A stretch of DNA of 64,000 nt from Promethearchaeia archaeon (GCA_029856145.1 JAHQWK010000019.1:1927-65926); one strand, 5' to 3'. Numbered from the stretch's first letter, positions 40,500-51,037 are shown. The notes: a model not told the origin generated them from the letters alone. Program-made: numbers and translations.

Positions 40500-41945
40500 A
40501 TGATAATTAGTATAATCATAATTTTGGCATGTTTTATCGCAGTTATTTTATTAATTATAACCAATAAATTAAATCGAGCGATCTCTTCTCTACTAGGAGC
40601 AATAATTACATATTTCGTGCTTATATTTATTGAAGGTTTAGATTTTTCAATAATAGTTGAATTACTATTTGGGTCTCCTTCTGAAGGATTTGTTAACTTG
40701 CATTCTTTAATTATGATAATTGGAACAATGATGATTGTACAAATTGCTCATGAAGCGGGATCATTCCAATTTATTGCGGGGAAATTAATAAAACTATCAG
40801 GAGGAAAGCCTGTTAATTTAATGATAATCTTTTGTGTTGTGACTGTTTTTATATCCGCTATTTTAAATAACATTTTAACAGTTATTATTATTATTCCGCT
40901 CACTATTACAGTTTCAAGAATTTTAAACATAAATCCCTCACCATACATATTAACTCAAGCGGTATTAGTAAATGTTGGAGGAACAGTTTTTTCAATTTCC
41001 TCAATTCCAAACATTTTAATTACAACATACGCGGGGATAGAGTTTTTAGAATTCTTTATTAATGTAGGGCTAATATCTTTTATTGTTTTTATTTTTACTC
41101 TCTTTTTTTTCATTTTGATATATAAAAAAGAGTTAATAATACCAGAAGAAGGTCAAAAAGCATTAGAAGAATTTGATGTTTGGAATGTCGTTCAAAATAA
41201 AAGATTATTATATCAATCGTTAATATCATTAGTCGGTTTATTAATTTTACTTATACTTATTCCTTCTTCATTAATTTCTCCAGATATTATTGCTTTAACT
41301 ACTGCTATCATCTTAATCATTATAACAAGATTAGATCCAAAAGAAATTATTAAAAAAATAGATTTTGAATTGATCTTTTATCTACTGGGTATCTTTATAA
41401 TTGTGGGAGGACTTGAGGTAACAGGAGCAACAGGAGCTCTAGGAATTTTTATCCAAAATATTGGTGGAAGTAATCTTTTTTTCCAACTTCTTTTGGTACT
41501 ATGGTTTTCAGCCTATTTAAGCAGTTGTATTGATAATATACCAATCACAAAAGTATTGATTCCGGTTGCAGATACTATGACTGAAACAGCTTCAATATTT
41601 AATAGAAAGCAAGTTTTTTACAGTCTTGCATTTGGGGCAAATTGGGGGGATAATTTAACACCATTAGGAGATAATATTCTTGTGGTTAATATTGCGGAAC
41701 AAAATAAGCGTCCTATTACTTTCAAATCATTTTTCAAATTAGGTTTTATTACAGCAAATTATCAATTAATAATTATTTCAATCTATTATTGTCTAATTTT
41801 TTATATCCAAATAGGAATTATTATTTTAGGGATTGTGGGCTTATTTCTAATAGTAATCTACTGTTTGAATAAATTTGGAAGTAAAACTATTAAATCTCGT
41901 ATGAATACACTTAGCAATAAATTAAGAGAAATTATAATAAGGTGA
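40500..41945 (+). CDS. ArsB/NhaD/P-protein (IT superfamily) anion/cation permease
   Basis: About 13 TM segments. SAILNN, NVGG..S.PNI, SSCIDNIP, GANWGDNLTPLG. Confidence 0.88.
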   Translation: MIISIIIILACFIAVILLIITNKLNRAISSLLGAIITYFVLIFIEGLDFSIIVELLFGSPSEGFVNLHSLIMIIGTMMIVQIAHEAGSFQFIAGKLIKLSGGKPVNLMIIFCVVTVFISAILNNILTVIIIIPLTITVSRILNINPSPYILTQAVLVNVGGTVFSISSIPNILITTYAGIEFLEFFINVGLISFIVFIFTLFFFILIYKKELIIPEEGQKALEEFDVWNVVQNKRLLYQSLISLVGLLILLILIPSSLISPDIIALTTAIILIIITRLDPKEIIKKIDFELIFYLLGIFIIVGGLEVTGATGALGIFIQNIGGSNLFFQLLLVLWFSAYLSSCIDNIPITKVLIPVADTMTETASIFNRKQVFYSLAFGANWGDNLTPLGDNILVVNIAEQNKRPITFKSFFKLGFITANYQLIIISIYYCLIFYIQIGIIILGIVGLFLIVIYCLNKFGSKTIKSRMNTLSNKLREIIIR

Positions 41946-41952
41946 TAATGAT

Positions 41953-42591
41953 ATGGTATTTAAAAATATTCTAAGAATAAAAGCAGCCTTACCTGAAGTT
42001 AAACATGTTGTAATGTTCTATAACAATGGTACAATTTTTCAAACTACATTTGAGCAAGAAATTAATATTCCAAAATTAGGTGAAAATTTAGCAGAAATAT
42101 TAGATCATGCTAAACGACTCTATGATATCTCTAATTATAATTTTGATAATTATAAAAAAATTATTCTTGAAACTAATGATATGTCTATTATTATTTTAAA
42201 GCTTGGTGAAGATAGTAATATTGCTCTTTTTTTTAGGAAAGAAGAAGAAAAAGAATTAAAATTGACGGCAATAAAAAGGTATATAACTAGAATTGAAGAA
42301 TTAATTGATATGGATGAAAGAGAACTTGTAATACAAAATATACTGGTAAAAGAGGAAGAAATTAAACACTTAAAGGAACTACTAAGTGAAAAAGAGAAAA
42401 TTGGTGAAGAATTAAAAACAGAATTAATTAATATGGAGAAAGGAAATATAGAAGGAGATAAAAGAAAAATAACTAGTGAAATAAATAGCCTTGATTTTGA
42501 ATGTGAAAATTTGAGAAAGCATTTAGAAAAATCCAATAATGAAATCAAACATTTAAAAGAAAAAATAGAAAAGAGTCACAAAAAAGAATGA
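41953..42591 (+). CDS. Roadblock/LC7-like domain plus C-terminal coiled coil
   Basis: VKHVVMFYNNG..helix..IILETND.SIIILKLGED.IALFF pattern, then E/K-rich heptads. Confidence 0.55.
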   Translation: MVFKNILRIKAALPEVKHVVMFYNNGTIFQTTFEQEINIPKLGENLAEILDHAKRLYDISNYNFDNYKKIILETNDMSIIILKLGEDSNIALFFRKEEEKELKLTAIKRYITRIEELIDMDERELVIQNILVKEEEIKHLKELLSEKEKIGEELKTELINMEKGNIEGDKRKITSEINSLDFECENLRKHLEKSNNEIKHLKEKIEKSHKKE

Positions 42592-42601
42592 AAAAAAAGA
42601 T

Positions 42602-42799
42602 TTACAAATTTAAGTCTTGAATGACACCTAGTAATACCGGTATTAAAAGAATTATCGCAATACTTATAACAATAAGAAGTATAAGGGATTCATTAGATTC
42701 TTTTTTCATTTGTTCAAAAAAGATGTAGACCAATATTATCAAGGATACTGCTAAGACTCCGAATAACAGTAAAATTAAAATTATTTCATTTAATGACAT
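42602..42799 (-). CDS. Small two-TM membrane protein
   Basis: Two hydrophobic segments around QMKKESNES. Confidence 0.65.
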   Translation of the reverse strand: MSLNEIILILLLFGVLAVSLIILVYIFFEQMKKESNESLILLIVISIAIILLIPVLLGVIQDLNL

Positions 42800-42855
42800 G
42801 ATATTCCTAAATTATTATCATTATTTTTTAATTCAAATTTAGATTTCTTTTAAAA

Positions 42856-44418
42856 TTAAGTCTCTCCAAACTTAATTAATCCATACCTTTTCAATTTTTC
42901 ACTTTGCATAAACTGTCTAATCATATCTTCCTTCAAATCTACCTTCTGTTTTACACGACGTCGAGTTCGATGGATGGATAATCCATAAACATCTTCTGCA
43001 GCTTCTAAGACCATTTCTGATAATGTAGGATGACTATGTACAGTATTGGTGATATCATGAATAGTTAACCCATTTTTCATAGCAAGAGCAATCTCAGCAA
43101 TTAATTCTGAGGCCGCAACACCTATACAAGAAGCACCTAATATATCATCAGTATCTTCATCAGTAATGATCATTAAAAAACCTTCATCTTCACCCATACA
43201 TTTAGCTTTTCCTAATGAGGCATATCCAAATCGACCAGTTCTTATTTTTATTCCCCTATCTTCAAGAAATTTCGATTTATAACCAACAGAACCAATTTCA
43301 AGTGCTGTAAATATTGATGCGGGAATAACAGTATAATCTGCTACCACAGGAAAAGTATCAAAATTCCCAATACTACTAAGAGCATTGAAGACAGCAATAT
43401 CTCCTTCATAACTAGCAACATGAGCTAACATGACACCCCCTGTAACATCACCAATCGCATAAATTCCTCTCTCATTGGATTCTAAAGTAGATGGATTTAC
43501 TTTTATTTTACCCCGATAAATTTCTATTTTAGTATTTTCTAATCCAAGTTCTTCAATATTTGCTTTTCGTCCTACAGACACTAAACAAAGATCTGCTTCA
43601 TAAATAAACTTCTCAGTTGCGGCAGTTTCATCCTGTTGTATGGTTGAATCACAGCTATTTGCTCTTACTTTTGAATCAACAATTTCAATGTTTAATATTT
43701 TTCGATTCTCATAAATTTCAATTCCCATAACTTTAAATTTTTTTTTTAGTTCACGGACAACTAGTGGTTCTTCAATGGCTAGAATTGATGGTAAGTATTC
43801 CAAAATTGTTACTTTTGAACCAAAACTATTAAATATATTGGCAAATTCGCATCCGATTACTCCACCACCCACAATTAGAAGACTTCTTGGAATTACATGA
43901 AAATCCTGAGCAAGAATATCATCACTTGTTAAAATATGTTTATGATCAATATTAAACGCTGGGATCAGTATTGGTCTGGATCCAGTAGCAATAATAATTC
44001 GCTTACCTATAATTTGTTTAGAATCTTCTCCTACTATTTCAATGGTAAATCCATCTTCTACCGAACCTGATGTAATTCTTCCCACGCCATAGATCAAATC
44101 AATCTTTCTTTGTCTAATTAAAACTTCTATACCTGAAATCAATTCATTAACCACTTTATTTTTTCGAACAACCGCACTTTTGAAATTCGGTTTAACTTCT
44201 CCCTCAATATCTACTCCAAAATCCTTTGCATTACGTTTGATATTCTCGATTAATTTTGCTGAACTATGGAGAGCTTTTGTTGGAATACAACCTCGGTTTA
44301 AACAAGTCCCACCAACATTTTCTTTTTCTATTAAGGCAACTTTAGCATCATATTGAGCTGCACGAATTGCAGCATGATAACCTCCTGGTCCCGCACCAAT
44401 TATAACAATATCATACAT
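42856..44418 (-). CDS. lpdA: Dihydrolipoamide dehydrogenase
   Basis: GAGPGG, GGTCLNRGCIPTK, GGGVIG, HPTLSE. Confidence 0.93.
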   Translation of the reverse strand: MYDIVIIGAGPGGYHAAIRAAQYDAKVALIEKENVGGTCLNRGCIPTKALHSSAKLIENIKRNAKDFGVDIEGEVKPNFKSAVVRKNKVVNELISGIEVLIRQRKIDLIYGVGRITSGSVEDGFTIEIVGEDSKQIIGKRIIIATGSRPILIPAFNIDHKHILTSDDILAQDFHVIPRSLLIVGGGVIGCEFANIFNSFGSKVTILEYLPSILAIEEPLVVRELKKKFKVMGIEIYENRKILNIEIVDSKVRANSCDSTIQQDETAATEKFIYEADLCLVSVGRKANIEELGLENTKIEIYRGKIKVNPSTLESNERGIYAIGDVTGGVMLAHVASYEGDIAVFNALSSIGNFDTFPVVADYTVIPASIFTALEIGSVGYKSKFLEDRGIKIRTGRFGYASLGKAKCMGEDEGFLMIITDEDTDDILGASCIGVAASELIAEIALAMKNGLTIHDITNTVHSHPTLSEMVLEAAEDVYGLSIHRTRRRVKQKVDLKEDMIRQFMQSEKLKRYGLIKFGET

Positions 44419-44482
44419 AATTTCTTCCCTAATATATTCTTTTGCTTAATTTTATAAAATAAAAAAAAAATTAGTTAATTAC

Positions 44483-45139
44483 TTAAGCATTTAGTCCTAA
44501 CGGTCTAATTTTTTCTCGTTCAGATAGTTTATCTGAGTGTTGTTTCTTAAGATCAGCTAATTTATTCTGCTTTTCAACTATATTTTTATTCAAATCTAGC
44601 GCATCAATTTCAAGTTTAGTTAATAACTTCTGAATACTAAGATATGCTTCCTCTGCTTTAGAAATTTTATCGCTAGGAGCATTACTATTTACTAACTTTA
44701 CATAGATCATTATTTTTTTTGCTAAATTATCTCGTTCTTTAGCCTCATCAAGCTTCCTATTAGCAATCTTTACTTTTATTTGGGTTATATCAGTTTCAAC
44801 AATCGCAATCTTTTTTTGAATTTCAGCAATTTTAGTCTGAATTTCAGCAATTTCCCGGTTGTATCTTGCCTGTGCTTTCTCCGCTTTTAAGATTTCATCA
44901 CCAATTTTTACAAGATCTCTTACTTTTTCTTTCCTCTCGACTAATTTTTTACTCTTATCTGCTAATCTATGTCTTAATTTTGCTACCTCTATTTCATTCC
45001 TAGCTAGCATTTCTCGAGCTTTGGCTCTTTTTACTGATTGCTTAGCTAAAACTTTCATTTCACTTGCTGTTTCTTTTTCAATTCTTGCTAAATTTGAATT
45101 CTCTTCTGCTATTTTTTCAATATTTTTAGTTTCTTCCAT
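44483..45139 (-). CDS. Long coiled-coil protein, paralog of 46298-46966
   Basis: K/E/A heptads. Shared motifs YNR/YNE.IA, A.KL.KK..Y.K, AP..KI.KA, NKLA.LKK, SEREKIR. Confidence 0.8.
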   Translation of the reverse strand: MEETKNIEKIAEENSNLARIEKETASEMKVLAKQSVKRAKAREMLARNEIEVAKLRHRLADKSKKLVERKEKVRDLVKIGDEILKAEKAQARYNREIAEIQTKIAEIQKKIAIVETDITQIKVKIANRKLDEAKERDNLAKKIMIYVKLVNSNAPSDKISKAEEAYLSIQKLLTKLEIDALDLNKNIVEKQNKLADLKKQHSDKLSEREKIRPLGLNA

Positions 45140-45186
45140 AATTACATCTCCTTAATTTTTATTGATTTTACTATAATTTTATTAAA

Positions 45187-45339
45187 TTAACTATATTGTT
45201 CATCCGAATCCTCTAAATCGTCTTCTCCTTCATCCTCTTCCTGATCTTCATCACTTTCCTCATTAGAATCATCATCTTCGAAATAATCATCATATTCATA
45301 ATCATATCTCTTCTTCTTTTTTTTAGAGTCTTCCTTCAT
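45187..45339 (-). CDS. 50-aa polybasic/hyperacidic protein (not in ORF track)
   Basis: Manual translation MKEDSKKKKKRYDYEYDDYFEDDDSNEESDEDQEEDEGEDDLEDSDEQYS. Confidence 0.7.
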   Translation of the reverse strand: MKEDSKKKKKRYDYEYDDYFEDDDSNEESDEDQEEDEGEDDLEDSDEQYS

Positions 45340-45430
45340 TTTAAATTAAATTTCTCTTATATTTTGTTGTTTTATGTTTAATTTATCTTAATGATTGCAA
45401 GTTATTTAAATGTTTTCATTTGAAAACGAA

Positions 45431-45473
45431 ATCATATATCGACAACTTTATATACTCTGATATCATATATTGA
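45431..45473. promoter_or_regulatory. Direct repeat ATCATATAT(C/T)GA flanking a TTTATATA box upstream of the RHH regulator
   Basis: Copies at 45431-45442 and 45462-45473. Confidence 0.45.
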
Positions 45474-45513
45474 TATATAAAAGAAGGAAAAATGAACGGA
45501 AAAGATATTTAAA

Positions 45514-46083
45514 ATGACCAAAAAACAAATAAAAAAAAAAAGTAATTTTTTGGGATTTAGACTTTCAGAAGAAATTATTGATAAATTAGAGTTAATAGCA
45601 AAACAGGAAAATAAGTCACGTGGTCTGGTTGCAAAAGATGCTATCGAACAATGGCTCAATTTAGAACTTTTCAATCAAACAAATGAAATGATTATGATCT
45701 CTAAATCTATATTCTCTAAAATCCTTTCTAAATTAGATGAAATAACATTAGATATCATTGCTAAAGATTTTGCTGATTTATTTTCAGATATAATGAAATT
45801 CTCAACTGCAAAACCAATGAATGAAGATACTTTGAAGTCATATACCATTTTTTTAATTAATTTTTTCGGCAAAAATGGATTGAAATGGTTTAATACTCTT
45901 GATATTCAGACACATGATAATTCTTTTATTTTTAGAGGTTTGCATGATATGGATGAAATCTATTCAAATTTCTTCACAAAATTCTATAAATATCTCTTAT
46001 CTGAATATTTTGACTTAGAATTTACTACAAAAGTAGAAGAAAAAACATCTAATTTAATTCATCTGGAATTTAAAATTAAATAA
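45514..46083 (+). CDS. Ribbon-helix-helix (CopG-like) transcription regulator with C-terminal effector-like domain
   Basis: FLGFRLSEEIIDKLELIAKQENKSRGLVAKDAIEQWL. Confidence 0.8.
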   Translation: MTKKQIKKKSNFLGFRLSEEIIDKLELIAKQENKSRGLVAKDAIEQWLNLELFNQTNEMIMISKSIFSKILSKLDEITLDIIAKDFADLFSDIMKFSTAKPMNEDTLKSYTIFLINFFGKNGLKWFNTLDIQTHDNSFIFRGLHDMDEIYSNFFTKFYKYLLSEYFDLEFTTKVEEKTSNLIHLEFKIK

Positions 46084-46297
46084 GGTTTATTCTGATAAAA
46101 AGATGAAAACTAAAATACGTACTAAAGTAAAGATTAGAGATTATTTTCTAACTTTTTTAATGTATAGGATTTGAAGGCAATACGCATCCAAAAACCAAAG
46201 CAAATATTATAAACAAATTAAATTTAAATATTATTCATACTAGCTAAAATATGTTTATTAATTCATTTTTTATATCATCATTTAAAGGTAAAGAGAT

Positions 46298-46966
46298 ATG
46301 GAAAATTTAACTATTATTGAGAAAGAAGCTCAACAAAATTTTAAAATAGCTCAATTTGAAAAAGAACTTGCCCAAAAATTAAAAATTAATGCTATAACTG
46401 AAATTAAAAAATCAAAAGCTAGAGTAAACTTACTGAAAATTGAATATGAATTAGCAGAAATAAAAAAAGATTTAGCAGAAAAGAGAAGGGTTTTAGCCAA
46501 GGAAAAATTAGAGATTAAAAAAAATCAAATTCTGGATTTTTCAGAAGAGGAATTAAAAATTGAGAATGATTATGCAATTTATAACGAGAAGATTGCAAAA
46601 AACCAAAAAGGAATCGCTGAGATTAACAAGAAAATTGCCTTAGTTGAGAAGCAAATAGCTGAGCAAAAATTAAAGCTATCTGGAGAAAAATTAGATGTGG
46701 CGAAAGCACGAGGAAAATTATCCAAAAAACAAATAAATTATCTAAAAGTAGCTAGAGGAAGTGCCCCAGAAAATAAAATTCTGAAAGCTAAAAATAATTT
46801 AGAGAGCCAAAAAGAATCACTATTAAAACAGAAAAACGATGTATTTGATAAGGAAAGAGATGTAAAGAAAAAAGAAAATAAACTTGCCGAATTAAAGAAG
46901 GAACTATCCTTGAAATTTTCAGAAAGAGAAAAAATAAGACATCCTGGTGTCGTTCTAGCAGAATAA
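46298..46966 (+). CDS. Long coiled-coil protein, paralog of 44483-45139
   Basis: K/E heptads, C-terminal SEREKIR. Confidence 0.8.
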   Translation: MENLTIIEKEAQQNFKIAQFEKELAQKLKINAITEIKKSKARVNLLKIEYELAEIKKDLAEKRRVLAKEKLEIKKNQILDFSEEELKIENDYAIYNEKIAKNQKGIAEINKKIALVEKQIAEQKLKLSGEKLDVAKARGKLSKKQINYLKVARGSAPENKILKAKNNLESQKESLLKQKNDVFDKERDVKKKENKLAELKKELSLKFSEREKIRHPGVVLAE

Positions 46967-47008
46967 ATTAAATAGAGTTATTACCTAAAAGAAAATAGGT
47001 CGATATAA

Positions 47009-47821
47009 TTGATTTTTCAAAATTTTTTCGAAATCTTTTTAGACTGGTTATCTCTATATTTTTTTCCTATTCTCATTTCAATATTAGCAATAATTATCGG
47101 TTATATTATTTATGTCTTGATTAGAAGACAATTTTTAAAACTTGCTAAACATGAGAAATTAGAACTGAGTACGGCAAAAAATATCACAAAAGTAATTAAA
47201 TATCTCATTATTTTGATCATTTTAACTGCTATTCTTATACAATTTGCAGAAAGTTTAGGTTTAATTACAGCATTATTCACTCTTGTTGGTGGGACTATAA
47301 TTGGTTTTGCAGCTATGAATACTTTAGGAAATATGATTGCTGGCATTATTATAATGGTTAGTAGACCGTTTTCTGTAGGTGATAGAATATTATATGATGG
47401 TAAAATCACTGATATTGTCGAAATAAAATTGATCTACACAATTATGGTTGATCTTGATAATGTTAAGATTTCTGTTCCAAATCAAAAGTTGTTATCACAA
47501 GAGATTAATGACTTCGGGAAAAAAGAGATTATTAGAAGACATGTGACTATAACACCTGGATTTGAAGAAGATAGGAGAAAAGTTGAAGAGGTTTTATTAG
47601 AGGCTGCGGGTAAATCATATCAAGTATTAAAAGACCCTAAACCATATGTTTGGATAAATTCCTTCCAGAATTATGCAGTTGAATATAGATTATATGTTTT
47701 CATAAAAGATATTAAAAATTTACCACTAATTGAATCTGAATTACATAAAGCTGTATTGGATACTTGTAAAGAAAATAATATAGATATCAGAACTCCTCTT
47801 CTGCACAAGAAAATAGAATAA
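47009..47821 (+). CDS. mscS: Small-conductance mechanosensitive channel
   Basis: IGFAA..LGNMIAGI..RPFSVGD, VPN, P.P.V. Confidence 0.9.
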   Translation: MIFQNFFEIFLDWLSLYFFPILISILAIIIGYIIYVLIRRQFLKLAKHEKLELSTAKNITKVIKYLIILIILTAILIQFAESLGLITALFTLVGGTIIGFAAMNTLGNMIAGIIIMVSRPFSVGDRILYDGKITDIVEIKLIYTIMVDLDNVKISVPNQKLLSQEINDFGKKEIIRRHVTITPGFEEDRRKVEEVLLEAAGKSYQVLKDPKPYVWINSFQNYAVEYRLYVFIKDIKNLPLIESELHKAVLDTCKENNIDIRTPLLHKKIE

Positions 47822-47845
47822 AAAATTTGTATTAATTTAACTTTC

Positions 47846-48937
47846 TTAAATCCATTTTTTTCTTCTAAAAAAATATAACATAATAACGGCAATTATAGCC
47901 ATTGTGCCTATTAAGAATGGATATGCGATTGGGTTTGACAGTTCGGGCATATAAAGAAAGTTCATTCCATAAAAACCTGCTAAAAATGATATTGGAATAA
48001 AAATTGTTGAAATAATTGTTAATACTTTCATGATATCATTCATCCTATTACTAACACTTGATAAATACATATCTAACATTCCAAAAATTATATCTCGATA
48101 ATTTTCTAAAAGATCACTAATTCTAAAAATGTGTTCGTATATATCTCTTAGATATATCTGCAATTCATCACTGATTAGCTTTGATGGTTCACGCTGCAAT
48201 TTATTGATTAATTCTCTTATTGGCCATATTGATTTTCTCAACTCAATAGAAGATCTTTTCAATCGATAAATATTTTGTAGTGTTTCTGGATCAGGATTCT
48301 TTATTAAAATGTCTTCAATGTTATCTATATCCTCGCCTACCTTTTCTATAACAACAAAATAATCGTCAATTATAATGTCAATTAAAACATAAAATAGGTA
48401 ATCTGCACCCATTACCCGAACCTTTCCTCTTGGAACTTTAATCCTCTCGTAAATGGGATTAAAAAGGTTAGTATCCCGCTCTTGGAATGATATTACATAA
48501 TTCTCTCCTAATATTAAACTAATTTGTTCATATTTAAATTCCTCTTCTTCTTCATTCCAACTCAATTTTTTTAATACTGCAAAAATATAATTCCCAAAAT
48601 CCTCTAATTTAGGTCTTTGATTTGGGCTTAAAATGTCTTCCAGAACAAGAGGATGTAAATTGAATTGATGGCCAACCTCTTCAATAACTTTTACTTGTGC
48701 TAGACCATAAATATCAATCCATCTAATAAATGGCTTTTCAATTTTTGTGAGATCAATCTGAATATCCTGAAATTCTTGAAAATTAAATTGGTCTTTATTA
48801 TAATCCGTTACTTTAATTTTAGTTTTTTCATTTACTTTATCTCCTGTGTAAATTAAAGTTCCTGGAGGAAGACCAACTTTTTTCTTCTTTTTAGTTGAAG
48901 AATGTTTATTCCTTTGAGGTCTAGAAAATTTCCTCAA
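47846..48937 (-). CDS. corA: Magnesium/cobalt transporter CorA
   Basis: GLPPGTL, LHPLVLEDI, QRPK, MKVLT, YGMNF, MPEL. Confidence 0.95.
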   Translation of the reverse strand: MRKFSRPQRNKHSSTKKKKKVGLPPGTLIYTGDKVNEKTKIKVTDYNKDQFNFQEFQDIQIDLTKIEKPFIRWIDIYGLAQVKVIEEVGHQFNLHPLVLEDILSPNQRPKLEDFGNYIFAVLKKLSWNEEEEEFKYEQISLILGENYVISFQERDTNLFNPIYERIKVPRGKVRVMGADYLFYVLIDIIIDDYFVVIEKVGEDIDNIEDILIKNPDPETLQNIYRLKRSSIELRKSIWPIRELINKLQREPSKLISDELQIYLRDIYEHIFRISDLLENYRDIIFGMLDMYLSSVSNRMNDIMKVLTIISTIFIPISFLAGFYGMNFLYMPELSNPIAYPFLIGTMAIIAVIMLYFFRRKKWI

Positions 48938-49057
48938 ATTGTCTCACTTAAACTATAGAGTAAATATTATCTAATAATTTAATAAACCAACCTTTAAAAT
49001 ATAAGTTTTCTTATATTTTTTCTATATAAAATTTGTATTCTCAAAATAATAAAAACT

Positions 49058-49993
49058 TTGGAGATATGGTTTCTTGTGAAGAGAATTTATAAAATAGTCA
49101 CATGGATATCAATTATAGGAATTATTGTATTAGTTTATTTTTACTTTGGATTTGAGCAATTATTATTAAATATAGTAATTGTAAATTTGGTTGCTTATGT
49201 CTTAAGGTCAATATTAATTGATATATTTCATAGCTTGATTAAAAACTTATTAGTTCGTTATATTACCATGATAATTATAAATATAATATGGTTATTATTT
49301 CCATTTTGGTTGATTTTTATTATTTCACCAACTTTTTTTGTAGCAATTATTTCTTTTCTGGTTGTAGCAATAGCACTAACGTTTCAAAATATAATTAATA
49401 ATATTGCCTCAGGAGTAATGCTTTTATCCTCAGGAGGTTTTGAGGCTGGCGATTTAGTCGAAACCAACGGAATTGAAGGTATTGTTAAAGAGATAACATT
49501 AAATAGTTTGAAGCTAGAAGATTTTGATGGTTCTATCACCTATATTCCCAACAAAAATGCTTTTAATTCATCAGTAGTTCGCTTTACTCACAAATCTATT
49601 AAAAAAGAAAAAAAGATAGAAATTTCGGAACTAGTTAGAAAATTCGGCAAGTTAGTAACTGGTGAAAAAAAACTCACTCGTTATATTAAAGTAGTTGAGC
49701 TTTTAGGTACCGTAGATTTAGAGAAACTTGATGAATTATTAACGCCAATATTTGAGAAATATGAACCCATTTTTGGGATAAGACCTTACTTTTATGCAAA
49801 TAATACTGTTAGTGGGATTGTAAATCGTTTAAGTATCACTATTCAAATTATTACAGAGGATCCAAAATTAATCTTAACATATACAGACCCATTGCTCAAA
49901 GAAATTCTTTTTAAAATATATAATAAAGAAATTAATTATGGATGGAAGAATAGCGAAAACGAATATCCAGGAAATAGCCTAGAGGTGGATTGA
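49058..49993 (+). CDS. MscS-family mechanosensitive channel
   Basis: NIASG..FEAGDLV..G.V.EI..DG...IPN. Confidence 0.8.
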   Translation: MEIWFLVKRIYKIVTWISIIGIIVLVYFYFGFEQLLLNIVIVNLVAYVLRSILIDIFHSLIKNLLVRYITMIIINIIWLLFPFWLIFIISPTFFVAIISFLVVAIALTFQNIINNIASGVMLLSSGGFEAGDLVETNGIEGIVKEITLNSLKLEDFDGSITYIPNKNAFNSSVVRFTHKSIKKEKKIEISELVRKFGKLVTGEKKLTRYIKVVELLGTVDLEKLDELLTPIFEKYEPIFGIRPYFYANNTVSGIVNRLSITIQIITEDPKLILTYTDPLLKEILFKIYNKEINYGWKNSENEYPGNSLEVD

Positions 49994-50904
49994 AAACGGC
50001 ATTATTTAGTTCAGATTTGGAAGCATTAATATATCTCTTAATTATTGGGATAGGGTTTTACCTTTTAAATAAAGTAATTTCTGCGACAATTGGGAAAAGT
50101 AAAAAAGTATCTTTAAAGCAAAAAATCATCGTTAATTTTGCATTAAAAATTGTTACTGTTCTCGTAATAGTGTTCTTTATTATTGAGGGTTTTCCACTCG
50201 TTTCTTCAATTGATCCAACTGGAACTTACACAGCTGTACTTACTGGAGCAATTAGCACTGCGATTGCATTTGCATCTAGCGGTATATTCGCAAACTTTAT
50301 TTCAGGGATTGTTATAATGTTAATAAGACCTTTTGAAGTTGACGATTTGGTCAAAATTGAAGGAGATAAAGGAATTGTACGAGAAATTAATTTAACAAAG
50401 ATGAAAATAGAGACATTTGATAATATAATAATTGAAAAATCAAATGGTCAAGTTATTTCATCAAAGATAGTAAATTATACTATCAAATTAGGTAAAAAGA
50501 AGTCTTTTAAAGATTTTAAAAGTAAGATCTTAGCCCCTCAGGATACTGGATTTAAAGGTATTTATGAAGATATTTTGAATTCTAAAAGGGAATTTGAAAG
50601 TACTTTAAAAAAGGCTTATGATTCCTTTTCAACTAAGTTCTATCCAAAATTATACAATTATACTTTCAGAATGGCTTTTCCTTATAATGGATATCGAGTA
50701 ATGATGAATAAAGTTGCAGAACTTTGTAATTATTATAATGAGAAAAATATTTTCAGGATAAAACCACAATTTGATGTAGTCGATTTAAATATAAGTATTA
50801 TTGTGAAATTTCGATTATTAACATTTGATGCACAAAAAATATTTGATTTTCAACCTAAATTTGCTGAAGATGTATATAAAATAATTTATAAATATAAAAT
50901 TTAA
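49990..50904 (+). CDS. MscS-family mechanosensitive channel
   Basis: AIAFA..ANFISG..RPFEVDD..G.V.EI. Confidence 0.8.
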   Translation: MKTALFSSDLEALIYLLIIGIGFYLLNKVISATIGKSKKVSLKQKIIVNFALKIVTVLVIVFFIIEGFPLVSSIDPTGTYTAVLTGAISTAIAFASSGIFANFISGIVIMLIRPFEVDDLVKIEGDKGIVREINLTKMKIETFDNIIIEKSNGQVISSKIVNYTIKLGKKKSFKDFKSKILAPQDTGFKGIYEDILNSKREFESTLKKAYDSFSTKFYPKLYNYTFRMAFPYNGYRVMMNKVAELCNYYNEKNIFRIKPQFDVVDLNISIIVKFRLLTFDAQKIFDFQPKFAEDVYKIIYKYKI

Positions 50905-51037
50905 GAATTTGACTCTATTTAATTATAATTAACACAGATTAAATAAAAAGGATTTTTTTAGAGATGTCTAAATTTTTAAATAATTTTATACTGAAATACA
51001 CTATAAAAAATTTTTTTAATATTATGGAGGTAAAAAA

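Noticed and set aside
42856-44418. Pyruvate/2-oxoacid dehydrogenase or glycine-cleavage operon
   Set aside because: Only lpdA is present, with no E1/E2 or GcvH/P/T in the window. Stand-alone lpdA is common in archaea.
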